A stretch of DNA of 64,000 nt, from positions 136,152,001 to 136,216,000 of the forward strand of contig NW_027362765.1 in the NCBI RefSeq assembly GCF_046119375.1, read 5' to 3'. The stretch's first letter is position 1. Each line of letters opens with the position of its first letter. The DNA is from Phyllobates terribilis (taxonomy: Eukaryota). Positions 33,949 through 47,175 of this stretch are shown one piece after another. The notes under the pieces were generated by a model, which ran no database searches, was not told the DNA's origin, and saw nothing but the letters and a program-made list of their open reading frames with translations. A program made the translations under genes and the position numbers.

Positions 33949-34883
33949 GGCCTTATTCACACGTCAGTGTCTCCAGTAAGTGTGGTGACAGTTCTCACAC
34001 GTACCGGAGACACTTACACACTGTGCACATGTCAATCTGTTTCCATGGACCGTGTGTCAGTTGTTGCACGGGCCACAAAACGCCCTGCACACTGACACAC
34101 ATATGACGTGTGTGTCATCAGTATCACACATATCGGTGCCTGGGAATCAGTGGTACAGTTAGCGCTGTTCCCAAGAGCCGGGTGCTGGAGGCAGCTCTCA
34201 TCATTGTACCCTGCTTGTGCTGCAATCAGCACCAGCAGGGGACAATGTTGAGAGTTGTATTCTGCCCCCTCTGTCTCCAACAAGTGTAAAACTAAGAATA
34301 AAATAAACACGTTCTTCTGTCCAAAGTTAAAATAACTCCGTGTCCCATTCCGTAATCCATTTGACTGACATTTCTTTATCAGCGTTAAATGTGAGGCGAC
34401 TGCACATGCTGGGGTGCAGGGGAAAATGACTCGCTGAGCTCAGTGAGTGACAGTTCAGGGGCCCACTTGCTGCAATGAGTAATTCTCCTCAGCGTATGCA
34501 GTCGCCTCAAGCCACTGATCAAGCTGATGAAGAAATGACTGTCAGATAGATTTTGGCCTGGGACATTATGGATTTTTCAACTTCGGACAGATGAGTATAA
34601 TGTGTATTTTATTCTTAAATTTTACACTTGTTGGAGACAGCTGGGGCAGAATACAACTCTCAACATTGTCCCTTGCTGACGCTGATCTCTGCGCAAGCAG
34701 GGGACAATGATGAGACTTGCCTTCAGCACCTGGTGCTTTGGAACAGTGCTAACTTTACTGCTGATTCCCAGGTGCCAGCATGTGTGATTCTGATGTGGAA
34801 CACTGTTGCCACACAAGTACACACGGACAACTCTGGTACTAGTTTTTTCAGTACCGAAAATATCAGGACGTGTGAAAGCGACC
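33949..34883. mobile_element. PIF/Harbinger-type non-autonomous element (inverted relative of 25954-26880)
   Basis: Termini ggccttattcacacgtc / gacgtgtgaaagcgacc; flanks TTA / TCA. Confidence 0.65.
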
Positions 34884-36200
34884 TCAGGCTGCTTTTTAAG
34901 AGAATAAGTCTGAAAATCAGCAGTAAATAACACAGTACATTGTGGAGGCCTTACCAAGCTACACATGAGCGTCAAAATGTTGCTTTCGGGTTGGAGATGG
35001 AAAGAAATGTTGGCCTCCTAACATATGCACAATAGAAGTATCACTAGTATAAGGGGATCATTTATAACAGCAGTGGCACTTTTTGCAGCTTTGACAGAAG
35101 AAATAGCACCATGTGCACCCCACTTATTCCCCCCTCTCCTCCTCCTTATCAAAGCCAGACACACTTATCTGGCAGCAGATATTTGCTATGTTACCGGAGA
35201 GCAATGTAGGCGCAGAGACCCTGTTTCCAGCACTGTGTCACTTACTGGTCTGCTTGTTGTTGGTTCAATAAAATCAGTGTTTTATCACCAAGAGATTATC
35301 ACTAGAGAACAAGTGGTCTTGTGCCATGTAGTCCTCCTGCTCTGTGTAGCACCCCAGTCTCCACTAATTGTCATTTTTCTGCCTATGCACAGTATACACA
35401 GAAAGCTGCCAATCAGTGGTGTGGGCGGGGTTATACAGAGCTCAGCATTTAGAGAACTGATAGCTCTACAACAGCAAAAACGGATTGTATCAAAATTACG
35501 GAAAGCAGCCCAGTAAGTGACACATCGCTGGAATCAAGGTCTTTGTCCCTACATCATGCTGCTCTCAGCTTACATAGCAAAAACCTGGTGATAGATTTCC
35601 TATAAGGAGATGAATGGAGCTTTAGAAAGCCTGGGCTTGTTACACATGTAATATTTGACAATAGCAAAACATTTCTTAAAGCACCTCTGAAAATCAGAAT
35701 AATCACATTTTGCCTACAAAATGTCTGTCCTAGATCTTTATATACAGAAAATAATGTACAGAGTGAGCAATATATTATGTTCCAGAACTTGTAAAGTCCA
35801 ATTTCCACAAAGCCTCCAGGTGTCATTCAAACATCCATGATTTTCACAGATTATAGTCTATGGGACTGTTCACATATCAATTTTTGTTATATCCAAAAAA
35901 AACAACAAAACCCTGTTCCTGCACACAGATGAAAAATTGGTCTTTTTCACATACGAAGAAAAAAAAAAAAAAAAAAAAAATGGCTGTCAGAATGAGGCTT
36001 TAGATGTAGGCCTCAATCAAATGTTAGCAGATTATATGTTCTATACTAAAAACATCATTGGGGATCTGTAATACCTTTAATCATTCAATAGTCCTGTGGT
36101 TAGGCCTGGACTTGGAGCTGCATTATGGCCATCTGAATGAGACCCAAGTTATTGCAGTACAAGTGGTACTGAGAGCTCATCGCCAAATCTTAAAGGTCTT

Positions 36201-39200
36201 CTACATGTAAACCTTTTCTATAGTCTTTTTTATTTGCACTACTTCTGTTTCTTCAACCTCTTCTTCAAAATAGTCCTCCATCTCAGCTGTGGCCTCCTGG
36301 TACTGCTGGTATTCTGCAATCAAGTCATGGGTGTTACACTCAGCCTCGGTAAACTCCATCTCATCCATGCCCTCTCCCGTGTACCAGTGGAGGAAGGCTT
36401 TCCTTCGGTACATGGCTGAGAACTGTTCAGCAATCCGTCTGAAGATTTCCTGGATGGCTGTGTTGTTGCCAATAAAGGTTGAAGCCAACTTGAGACCACG
36501 GGGTGGGATGTCGCACACTGCAACCTTGACGTTGTTGGGAATCCACTCCACGAAGTAGGCACTGTTCTTGGATTGCACAGCCAGCATCTGTTCATCCACT
36601 TCTTTGGTGGACATTAGACCACGGAAGATTCCAGCCACTGTTAGGTAGCGGCCATGGTGTGGGTCACAGGCTGTCATCATGGTCCTGGAGTCAAACATCT
36701 GTTGGGTTAGCTCAGGCACTGTCAGAGCTTTATATTGTTGGCTTCTGCGGGATGTTAGAGGAGCAAAACCAGTCATGAAGAAATGAAGACGAGGGAAAGG
36801 CACCATGTTGACTGCTAACTTTCTGAGATCAGCATTAAGCTGACCAGGGAATCGCAGAGAAGTAGTCACTCCACTCATTGTCATGGAAACCAGATGGTTA
36901 AGGTCACCATATGTTGGGTTGGACATCTTCAGTGTGCGGAAGCAGATATCGTACAAGGCTTCGTTGTCAATGCAGAAGGTCTCATCTGTGTTCTCAATCA
37001 GTTGGTGGATGGACAAGATGGCATTGTAAGGCTCCACCACTGTGTCTGACACCTTGGGGGAGGGCATAATGCTGAAGGTGTTCATAATCCTGTCTGGGTA
37101 TTCTTCACGAACCTTGTTAATAAGAAGCGTGCCCATTCCAGATCCGGTTCCTCCTCCGAGAGAGTGCACCAGCTGAAATCCTTGAAGACAATCACAGCCT
37201 TCGCTCTCTTTTCTCGCTATATCCATCACAGATTCAATCAGCTCGGCTCCCTCGGTATAGTGGCCTTTTGCCCAGTTGTTGCCAGCTCCAGAGTTACCTG
37301 TTACATAAAACAAAGATGTTTGTCAACTTATTCCAGTCCATGATGATGTCCAAAACTACAGAAGTCCACTGACCTTACAGAGTCTGCTTGAAAGACACAT
37401 TTCCTAAGCAATATGAGTGGAATCCCTCCTTACAGATTTTGTAACAATCTATAGAATAAGAGCTCCAGGACCACCATTACCATTGTCTAGACCAGTGTTT
37501 CCCAAACTTCAACTCGGCCCCCAACAATTCAGGTTTTCAGGATTTCCTCAGTATTGCACAGGTGATGGAATTATTATTAAAGACATCAGAACTGTGCAAT
37601 ACTCAAGAAATCCTGAAAACATCATCTGTTGAGGGCCGAGAGGACTGGAGTTTAAGAAAAATTGCCTACTCTAGACCAATCATTCCCAAACTCCAGTCCT
37701 AACAGCCCCCAACTCATCTTTTCAGGATTTCCCTAGTATTGCACAGGTGATGGAAGTATCAAGTCATCAACAATTGCCACAGGTTTCTCACCTGTTCAAT
37801 ACTAAGGTAATCCTGAAAACATGATCTGTTGGGGGGTTGTGAGGACTGGAGTTTGGGAAACACTGGTCTAGACCATAGTGTCCGAACACAAACTTCTCAA
37901 CCTCCTATCTACTTACGAGGAAGCTGGATTCAGGTCAGGAGGCCCGCAACTAGTCTGGACTTCGTGGTCTGTTATCGCACAGTGAAAGCTTGGTCTGTGT
38001 AACCGGCCTTATGGACACACACTCCCAATAATGACAATGGAGAGAGAGGAGATAATGTCACATTTTTATGTCATCTCTCTAGAGTGCATCGCATTGGTCT
38101 AGCAGACCCCAATCGATGCAGATCCTGTGGGTATCGTGTAAATGTATCAGGTTGGGAGATCTATGTAATGGAGGACTTTGGAAATCTGCATTGTGTTATA
38201 CCGTGGGCGATGCATGACACAGTGATTTCTAAGAGAGCATCCTAGTCGTCTTCTGAGCTGGCCAGATGCAGCCTTGTCTATCGTGACACAGACAAGCAGG
38301 CCGTGTCCACAGAATGGTGTTACAGGCTGTAAGGTGTGCACTCCTGGCTAAAAAAAGTCTACAAATCACATTGTATAAACGTCTACAGCAGCAGTCCTAA
38401 CCTGGCGGACTGTGATCTGTATCCAGGACAGGGATGCCAGATGTCCACTCTCTGCAGACCTGCCATCATAGATGCATTGCAGGAGGACAGTATCTTCTCA
38501 AATGCATCTTTGGATCGTGAGTCTGACATCAGGGGCAGGACTACTGTCGGGGCCTTGTGGTGGTACTTGGAAGTGAAGAAGTGTCGGGAGCAGTGAGTAT
38601 ATATTTGCCTATTTTTTTGCCTGGTCTTGGGTCTGTATTAACTTAGAGGTTTGTTTTTCTCACTAAAACAATAATAAATCCTGTAACTAATTCTACGACG
38701 TTTGCAAGAAATCAATAAGATGACACAACATTCAGCTTGGACCTGCACCTGTGGATCCTAGGTAAATGAATCCGGTCTATAGTCTTATATTCTTATCTAT
38801 TTCCACTATTCACATATTCAAGTAGGACTGGGATATCCTTCTTGATAAATATAATATTATAGGTTATGGGTACTATATTCTTTGATGGGATGTTGATCCA
38901 GAGAAACTAGTCTGATCGCCATATGTGGAATCGGGAAGGATATGGGTAATATAGGGCAATAGGGATATGGGTAATATAGGGCAATTCGCATCTGCCTCAC
39001 TGGGTTTTTTGCCTTCTGGATCGACATGTTAGGCCACAGTTCCACTATCAGTATTTGGTCAGTATTTTTTTTCTCAGAAGTGGGAGCCAAAAGCAGGTGA
39101 GGAACAATCACAGAAAGGCTATGTGCCCATGATGCAGAAATGCTCCGGATTTTTCCTGAGCATTTCTGCATCTCCCTGGCAGAAAAAACGCATGCGGATT

Positions 39201-42200
39201 GTACATGCGTTTTCTCAGCCAGGGACAAGCGTTTGTCACGCGTTTTGCTCATGCGGGTTGTCAAGAGCTTTTCCGAGTGATTTTAGCATCACTTGGAAAG
39301 TGCTTGACAACTTGGTCACACTATATAAATCCATGCAACCGGCATGAATTTATATAGTGTGACCAAGTTAATAATTAAAAAAAATAATAAAATGGTAAAA
39401 AATAAAAAAACATTATACTCACCTCCCTCGGTCTCCCTGGTGGCTCGTGGTGGTGTAAAAGGACCTTCCATGATGTCATTTAGTCATGTGACAGGTCACG
39501 CGACCGCGTCAGCGACTAAATGACGTCATGGAAGGTCCTTTTACACCATCACGAGCAACCGGGGAGCCAGGACGCACCATAGAGGAGACCGGGGGACATC
39601 GGAAGGTGAGTATAATGTATATTTTTTATTTTAAATTCTTTTTTTTAACAGGTACTATGGTACCCAGGTATGGTCTCTTCTCCAGACCGGGGTACCATCC
39701 GCACATTGAATCGCTTAATATCCGCATATGCACGTGTAGTCATACGGATATTAAGCGATTCAATGCAAGTCAATGGCGGCAATTACGCTGCGTGTCCACA
39801 AAATTAAGGACATTGCTTTTCCGCAATGATAATCCGCAGTGGAAATTTCCGCAGCATGTGCACAGCACATGCGGATTACCATTGGGGACCATGGGGCACG
39901 TATTACCAAGCGTTTTTTTAAAGCATTTTCACTGTGGAAATTCCCGGCCAAAACACTTGAAAAACACATAGTGGGCACACAGCCAAAAGGTATAATAGGA
40001 ACAAGTCACCAATTCTGCATTTATCACCCACTCCTGGTTTTGGCTCCCACTCCTGAGAAAAAATACTAACCGAATACTGACAAAATACTGATAGTGGGGC
40101 TGTGACCTTAGGGTGTAGGTTTAACTCTATGAACTTGCGTCTTCTTTCAACCTTAAAAGTATGAAACCTACAAAAAGATGTTGTGTGTATATTTTCATTA
40201 CCGTGGATGAAACTGTCAGGACGGAACAGAGGTCCAATAGTGCTGGAGCGTAGACTGTCCATGGTGCCAGGCTCCAGATCCACAAGCACGGCTCTAGGAA
40301 CGTACTTATGGGCTGCGGAAGGAGGGCAGAGAACACAATATTTGAAATAATCCCTGGCAATGAGAGAGAAGCTGAGTAATTCATGAAGAGATACTTACAA
40401 TGCGCCTCGTTGAAGTAGACATTGATCCTCTCCAGCTGCAGGTCGGAGTCGCCTTTGTAACTGCCTCCATTATCGACACCGTGTTCATCACTAATCACTT
40501 CCCAGAACTACAGAGAAACACAGAGGTCACCAAGGCTCTCGGCTCGGTGTAATAGCGAGCACACCACACTTCATGAACATCCAGAAACCCTTCTGTACAA
40601 TGTAGATAGTTATATCCGTACTGTAAAACTCCTAATAAAGTAATGGCTGATATGAGCCAATGCCGTGCAAATAAGCAAGTGGACTGCAAGGTTCATCTGT
40701 AGCCTTCTCCTCTGTCTATGGGGCGGGAGTGACACTGTTTTAGGATGATAGCCCAAACCTTGTCTTCCTACTACAGGGCAGCCCCTTTAAGAAGGATGCT
40801 TGGAACAGTTGGGTTCTGTGCAGCTCAGTATTTTTAGAAGGAGACCACATTCTAACTTCTCCCCATCCAGAAGGAAGAAGCTGCGGTTTTCTGACAGCTC
40901 AGGAAAGAAGAACATTGCAGTAGTGGAAGACTGCTATCTTCATCTCCATTCAGCAGACCTGCCCATGTCCCCTTATCAGTCCCCCACAGCTGAAGCCTGG
41001 GGCACACCCTCTGCTACCAGCCCTGCCAGGCCCCCTCATTCCCTCGCTTGCACTTTACTGATGTACAGAAAATCTTCAAGCTCCCATACATTGTACACTG
41101 TCTCTCCACGCCTCCGACATATAGTGCTGCTATTCCTATGAAACATGGACCTACCAACTACAGCTACACGACTGCCTCGTAGTATTCTGAGGATGACCCC
41201 TTACTAGGGTTGGTGGTGACATTTTCTTATCCCAAAAAAAAAAATAAAAAAAATTTTGACCTTGGCCAAATTAGCACTTTACTTCATTGAAAATAAGTGT
41301 TTGCCACAAAAATGTGGTGCCACTCATCCCCAAGATTAAAACCTGATATATGTATAATAATATACATATTGTTGTTTCTCCAGAAAGCAGAGGGACCAGT
41401 TAGTCTGAATACACACAAATTGTCAGCAGGTCCCAATGAAATAGTCAGGATCTGCTAAGATAAATCTCATGTCTGTAGTTACAATTAAGATCATGTGTCG
41501 ATTTTAGCAAATAAAGCTTATTCTGTATATCACAGGTCCTGATTTTCAAGATCTTTGCTTACTGTCCCTTGTTTTATTACATTAGAGCTCTCATACGATG
41601 TAGTGTAAAGAGCCCAGATCCGGTGTGATCATCGCGTGACCACAACTCGGTTTCCATTCAATGACTGCAAACTGTGAACTGAAAAATTTGCAAGAGGAAT
41701 TGATGCACAAAGAGAAGATTGAGAACTATTCACACAGATGCAGAATACTGAGAAGCTCTTGGACATCTCCACGTCTTGGCTTTTGCACTAGACACTTCAT
41801 TTTCCATGTTTGTTGTCATCCTTGTGCAGTTGACCGTCGTGCCGATATACAACAATCACAGCTAAATGAAACCTAAACCTTCCTCTAAACTTGTGAGAAG
41901 TAACAGATACATACAGAAGGTAACGGAGACCGAAAATCTATCACTTGTGCAATTTGAAGACAAGACTGGTCTGATTTTAAATACAGGCGTCTAACAGGCC
42001 CAGCAGTCATGGCAACCTTCATTGGGAGAATTTTTCAAAAATATACTCTCCAATGGAAAACCAATAGGCCCCAATACTAAAAATAAAAAGTATACTGATT
42101 AGGTCTCCTACAGAAGGAAGAAAACTGAATCTCTACCCAATAAGTCAATGTCCGACCTTAATGACTAAAGGTGCTGTTTTCCCCCTATACTGTCGGGGGA

Positions 42201-42924
42201 GCAAAAGCTCCGATACAGCTGTGAATAAATGGATCTCTCTTCTTAGTGAAGACTAATATTCTTAAAGAAGTAATGGGCAATGAAAAAAACGAATCAAAAA
42301 CGCATCAAAATTTGCATCAGCGTTTTTGATGGCAAAATAGAATGGGGTTCTTTTTTTTCACAGAACTTTGTGTACATGCATAAATAGAGACAGAAGGACA
42401 GTGAAAAAAATGTTGAAAAAACGCATCAAACAACGCGTTTTTGATGCAGCTGATTTCCTGCCAGAGATCAGTTTTGGCGCAGATTTGTTGTGGAAAAAAA
42501 ACCTAACATGTCTGAACATAGCCTTAGACTCCATACACTGGACTAAACTTTCCTGTGCAGTTACAGAATAGGCTGAGCCGAAAGCCAACTTAGTAGAGAT
42601 CCAGATCCAAATGTAGCAGAGTAGAGTTTGACATCATGATCTGTTCTTGTGGTTTTATATAGGACTGTTCTTAAACCTACAAGATTATCCTAACTGAAAG
42701 CGTTTACTCGCTGACATAGTCCTATAAGAAGTTTATTTCTGCTACATCCGTATCCTCTACATATAATCCAAAATGAGAAAGCAGTCCCCAGTAAAACATC
42801 TATCACTGTAATAATGATATCATCCTTCTATCCCCATCACTTGTGTTGTGCATAGGACGTCACGCACCTTTGCTCCTATTTGATTCCCGCACTGACCGAT
42901 CTGCAGATGGACGATTTCACGCAT
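36201..42924 (-). CDS. TUBB1: Tubulin beta-1 chain (class VI), 4 exons, 457 aa
   Basis: Exons 42924-42868, 40507-40399, 40312-40202, 37297-36201 (57, 109, 111, 1097 nt). [19 protein letters not shown]; GGGTGSG; HGNSGAGNN as in class VI; synteny with CTSZ and ATP5F1E. Confidence 0.96.
37493..37865. mobile_element. Tandem pair of hAT MITEs (37493-37664, 37677-37865)
   Basis: Termini cagtgtttcccaaact / agtttgggaaacactg; target copies gtctagac, ctctagac, gtctagac. Confidence 0.8.
39032..40107. mobile_element. PIF MITE copy 3, split by a nested 868-bp PIF-type element (39117-39984)
   Basis: Outer TSD TTA/TTA. Inner termini ggctatgtgccca / tgggcacacagcc with AAA duplicated. Removing the insert restores the family sequence cagaaaaggtataat. 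Confidence 0.8.
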
Positions 42925-42998
42925 CCTGGACTCCGGGAGGAACGTTCTGGTCGGTTCTGTGGTTCAAAGACTGTGACGCGGCAAAACTTCATAGGAGA

Positions 42999-43040
42999 TT
43001 ATATACTGGCGCTGACGTCACCGGCAGCATTATTATCTCT
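42999..43040 (-). promoter_or_regulatory. TUBB1 core promoter: TATA, CRE and GATA motifs
   Basis: Minus-strand TATATAA at 42999-43005 (~75 nt upstream of the ATG), palindromic TGACGTCA at 43013-43020, WGATAA at ~43033-43038. Confidence 0.6.
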
Positions 43041-44499
43041 GCACAAGTGGAGGGAGCATATAACGGGTATGGGTGGGTTATGTTATTCACCGTAAGAATC
43101 ACCTACTAAGTATAAAAAGGTGAAGAAAATTGTAACAATTAAAAAAAAATTATAGATATAATTGTTAAATACTTCTTAATTCCAGGACAAGCAGCAGCTG
43201 GTTTGGCCACCATTAGGACTCCCACTTGGGCACTGCTCAGCTTTCCCAGAGTCCTGAATGGTAAATCTATCCATACATGTAGAGTCATCCTCCACTGTCT
43301 GATCACTAGAGTAGGGCAGATCTTCTTTTCAGGAGTCTTGGAAAGATGGGTGACCAGCACCATAAACGCTATAATGGCAGTCATCTGCCTTTTTCCCAGA
43401 AGCAAGTCTTACCAAGAACCGGAGGAGCAGAATATGTAAGAAGGGTCTTACCAAGGAGCAGAGGGTTACTTTGCAGAGTTTTCGAAATGGAGTCACCCCA
43501 GGAGAAGAGATGTCCACAAGCCAAACCACGTCATCAGCTCAGCGTTATCTCCCTCCACACACACCAGTTACTGAGAATATGACACCACCCGCCACCCTCT
43601 ATACTGCCTGAGTACAGTGGCCACACAAGGAATGGTATCTAATGGTAAAATGTCCAAATCTGTGGATTATTGGAAAGAACTAGGCGTCCAAACATCTGGA
43701 CGTGGGTCTTTAGCAGCAGCGTCAGTGCCTGAACTATAGCAAGAACGCCTTCATTATTAAATGTAGTTTTATGTCACAATCACTTCTTTGTTCCTTAAAC
43801 AGTGCCACCACTGTATACAGGTCATATGTGGTATTGCAACTCTGCCATCATTTCAATAAAGCTGAAGCTCAGCAGCACGGCCAATGGAAAGCTGCCATAT
43901 TTTTCTAATCTTAAACATTTAAAAGGGGATATCATGTGCCGCTCACTCCCACATAGGAGGAGACCGGGTGCTGATGACCCCACACTCCTATCAAGATGAT
44001 CAGTAGGTATGTAATGAATTGGACACTTGCCCAGTATCTGATGACTGCCCACACGTCTCAGCAGGTGTGTGGGGCTGTAACGTCATTGCCACCATTCACC
44101 TCCCATGAGGGAGGGAGGTAGTGAGCGAGTGGCGTGGGATAACCCCTTTAAGGGCTGTATTATGATGAGTTCCCATCACAGCTTGTACCGCTCAGCCTGT
44201 CCATCATGTTCTGTCAGCAGAAACGAAGATGACTTTTGTACTATTCATAGCATTGTCTCAGCAAGTATACTATGACCAGTCATTAATGATTAATCTTCCA
44301 GGCACGGCCATTGCTATCACGGTAGACATAAATATGGGAATGCTGAGGGATCAAACAGATGAAAGTTTGGGCTGAGTACTAGGGAAGGTAGAGAATTCCA
44401 GAGGATAGGTGCAGCTCAAGAGAAGTTCTGTACTCGTAATTGGGGAGAAGGTGCTCCTCAGTGTTATCAGCCATCCATGTTAGCATTGAGATTTCCAAA

Positions 44500-47175
44500 T
44501 TTATTTTGAAACGGAAACAATGGTCGGATTGAAACGAAATTTTTCATGCCTGTAGGCCAGACCCTGAATTTCATGATATGGAAATTGTTTTGCTGTTTTC
44601 AAATCAATTCTAGGGGCTGCAACCCTCTAAACATCCCAAATTGGAAAGCGGCTAGAACAATTCCAAAGAAGGCGACTTTTCTCTGAAATTGTCAAATGGA
44701 TTGGTTTGAAAATCTCGTCAGTGATGGTCGATTATAAAAACTACCCCTCCGGTGCACCCCTAAACGCAAACCCTCCCCAAAGGATTGAAAATGGGGCGAT
44801 AATGATAACCTTGGTTTAATCAGTAAGCTTTCAAAGGCGCCCAAAAATGTCTGGAAGCTGGTCAAGAAATCTGAATGTTTATCCCCATTTTCAGGGCATT
44901 TGCATGTGTACCCCTTAGAATTTACCCCCTAAACGTCATGTTATGCAAAGAGGCAAACATTATGTTCATCTCCTCACATCTACTGATCAGTCTAACCAAT
45001 TTGCATCATCAAATGACCTGTCAAAAGCCACCAAGGGATAAAAACCCTCCCTATGTCTAACAGTTTAGCCGCAGCGGTCACCACTAACTTCAGCATCTAA
45101 GGGATTAAATGGCAACTAAGAAATTATCTTCAATCTATAGACCTGATTTCACCTTCTGATCGGAGTTGATGTATAGCGCCAGAACACGCTCTCATGAAGG
45201 TCTGTGTATCCTGATCAATCTGGTCGTGCTCGCTGTCCGTCATGTGGGAATTTAAACACATGGCTACAGGAAAAAAAAAGCAAATGAAAAACCACCATTA
45301 GTGACCACAAAATGCCACCCAGTCAGGTCATTATACAGTGACAAGTATGGTCCATATTTCAAACTGTAATTTTTTGGTAGCAACATGATTTGCTCTTGGT
45401 AGAGGAAGAAAAAAAATGGCTCCCATATTTAAAGTGTTTTTCCGCCTTCAGGAAAGTGGATCCTAAACGCTCTAAAATAACTAAAGTAGAGTAGGTATTC
45501 AGCCTCCTGTGCTCTTCCCCTCTCCTCTGGGTCCAATGCTGCTTGGGTCTACCTGTGCACAACTGCCAAGCTCAGTGATTGGCTACATTGATGTTGCGTG
45601 GAGGCAAAAAGACCTGAGCAGCATCGGGGAGGCGGCACTGGACCTGGGGAAGGAGAGTATCTGCTCTGTTTGTTATTTTAGAGCATTTTGGGTCCACTGA
45701 AAATGGAAAACCCTTTATATTTTTTGGTTAATCTGGTATTAAGAACCAAAAGCAAAATTAAAGGGTTAGTTTCAGGTCTGATCACATACTCCAGATTATT
45801 TAGACTTCTAAAGCAGAGTGCGTCACATTGAACTCCGCAAAAGTAAAAAAAGAAGAACCTCATAGGCTCCATGGAACGTTATACCTAGTGCAGTGCTGGA
45901 GGGGAGAGGGCTGAAAACCCCTTAGTGTGAATAAACTATTTACTGAACATTTTGTTATCGCTCTTCGGAGTTTACAGGCCAGATCATTCAGCCCCCCCCC
46001 CCCCCCCATGTTTTTCCTTTGTTTGTTGTTTGTTTTTTAAAATTCAAATGCTCATGTGAATGCACGAGGACAGCCTGACAGAACGCTAGTCTTGCCATAT
46101 TGGCCAAACAAACAGGTATTGCTTCTAAGGGGTTTTCAACCCACCCCCACCCCCGTGTAAGGGCTAACAACTCTTTTTAAGGTGTATCTGTAAGGCATAT
46201 CTGTAGGGAAAAACAAAAACCCAACAGACACCTGAAACAATGGTTAAAATCACAAGTTCAGCAGAAACACAAGTGCAGACGTGAAATAGAGTTGAAAAGG
46301 GGTGGTTTCTTCTTCTGTACAGTAATGGGGTTTTGGGAGGATGGAGAGGAGGCGTACACCACCTTTTGACCCAAGTTTTGAAATTTTCTCTCCATTAAGA
46401 AAATTCATTTCATGGGGTTGAAATTTGGGGTCCTTTTTGTGTGTCCCCCCACCCCCCCAAATGAGGGCTGGGGTGCCAGTAGTGCCACAAAAATGTGGGG
46501 CAAGCCTTACAGCATTACACCCCACAATCCATGCTGACTGTGTCCAAAATGCTCCAACCCCCACTTTTATGTGTGTGTGGGGGGTGGTAATGGCGTTTTT
46601 ACCGCTTGGTGGATTTTGACGGTCATCTGATGATGCAGATTGGTTAGACTGATCAGTAGATGTGAGATGAACATAATGTTTGCCTCTTTGCATAACATGA
46701 GGTTTTAGGGGGTAAATTCTAAGGGGTACACATGCAAAATCCCTGAAAATGGGGATAAACATTCCGATTTCTTGACCAGCTTCCAGACATTTTTGGGCAC
46801 CTTTGAAAGCATACTGATTAAACCAAGGTTATCATTATCGCCCCATTCTCAAGTCTTTGGGGAGGGTTTGAGTTTAGGGGTGTACCGGAGGGGTAGTTTT
46901 TATCGTAGGCGGTTGAACTTGACAGGATCACAAATGATAGGCAATCGACCATCACTGATGAGATTTTCAAACCAATCCATTCGACAGTTTCAGAGAAAAG
47001 TCGCCTTCTTTGGAATTGTTCTAACCGCTTTCCAATTTGGGGTGTTTAGAAGATTGCAGCCCCTAGAATTGATTTGAAAACAGCAAAACAATTTCTGTAT
47101 CATGAAATTCAGGGTCTGGCCTAAAGCCATGCAAAATTTTGTTTCAATCCGTCCATTGTTTCCATTTCAGAATGA
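44500..47175. repeat. Inverted pair of ~550-bp repeat copies (44500-45045, 46595-47175)
   Basis: Mirror ORF-track peptides MFIPIFR.FACVPLRIYPL at 44875(+) and 46762(-); the sequences align by eye with scattered differences and one ~40-bp indel. Confidence 0.8.

Noticed and set aside
36229-36234. Minus-strand AATAAA as TUBB1 poly(A) signal
   Set aside because: It lies inside the CDS (QIK codons). ATTAAA at 36076-36081 is a possible alternative but unproven.
43330-43610. Frame reading KNRRSRICKKGLTKEQRVTLQSF, reminiscent of a homeodomain start
   Set aside because: Spacing is wrong, there is no WFxNxR helix and stops lie just upstream.
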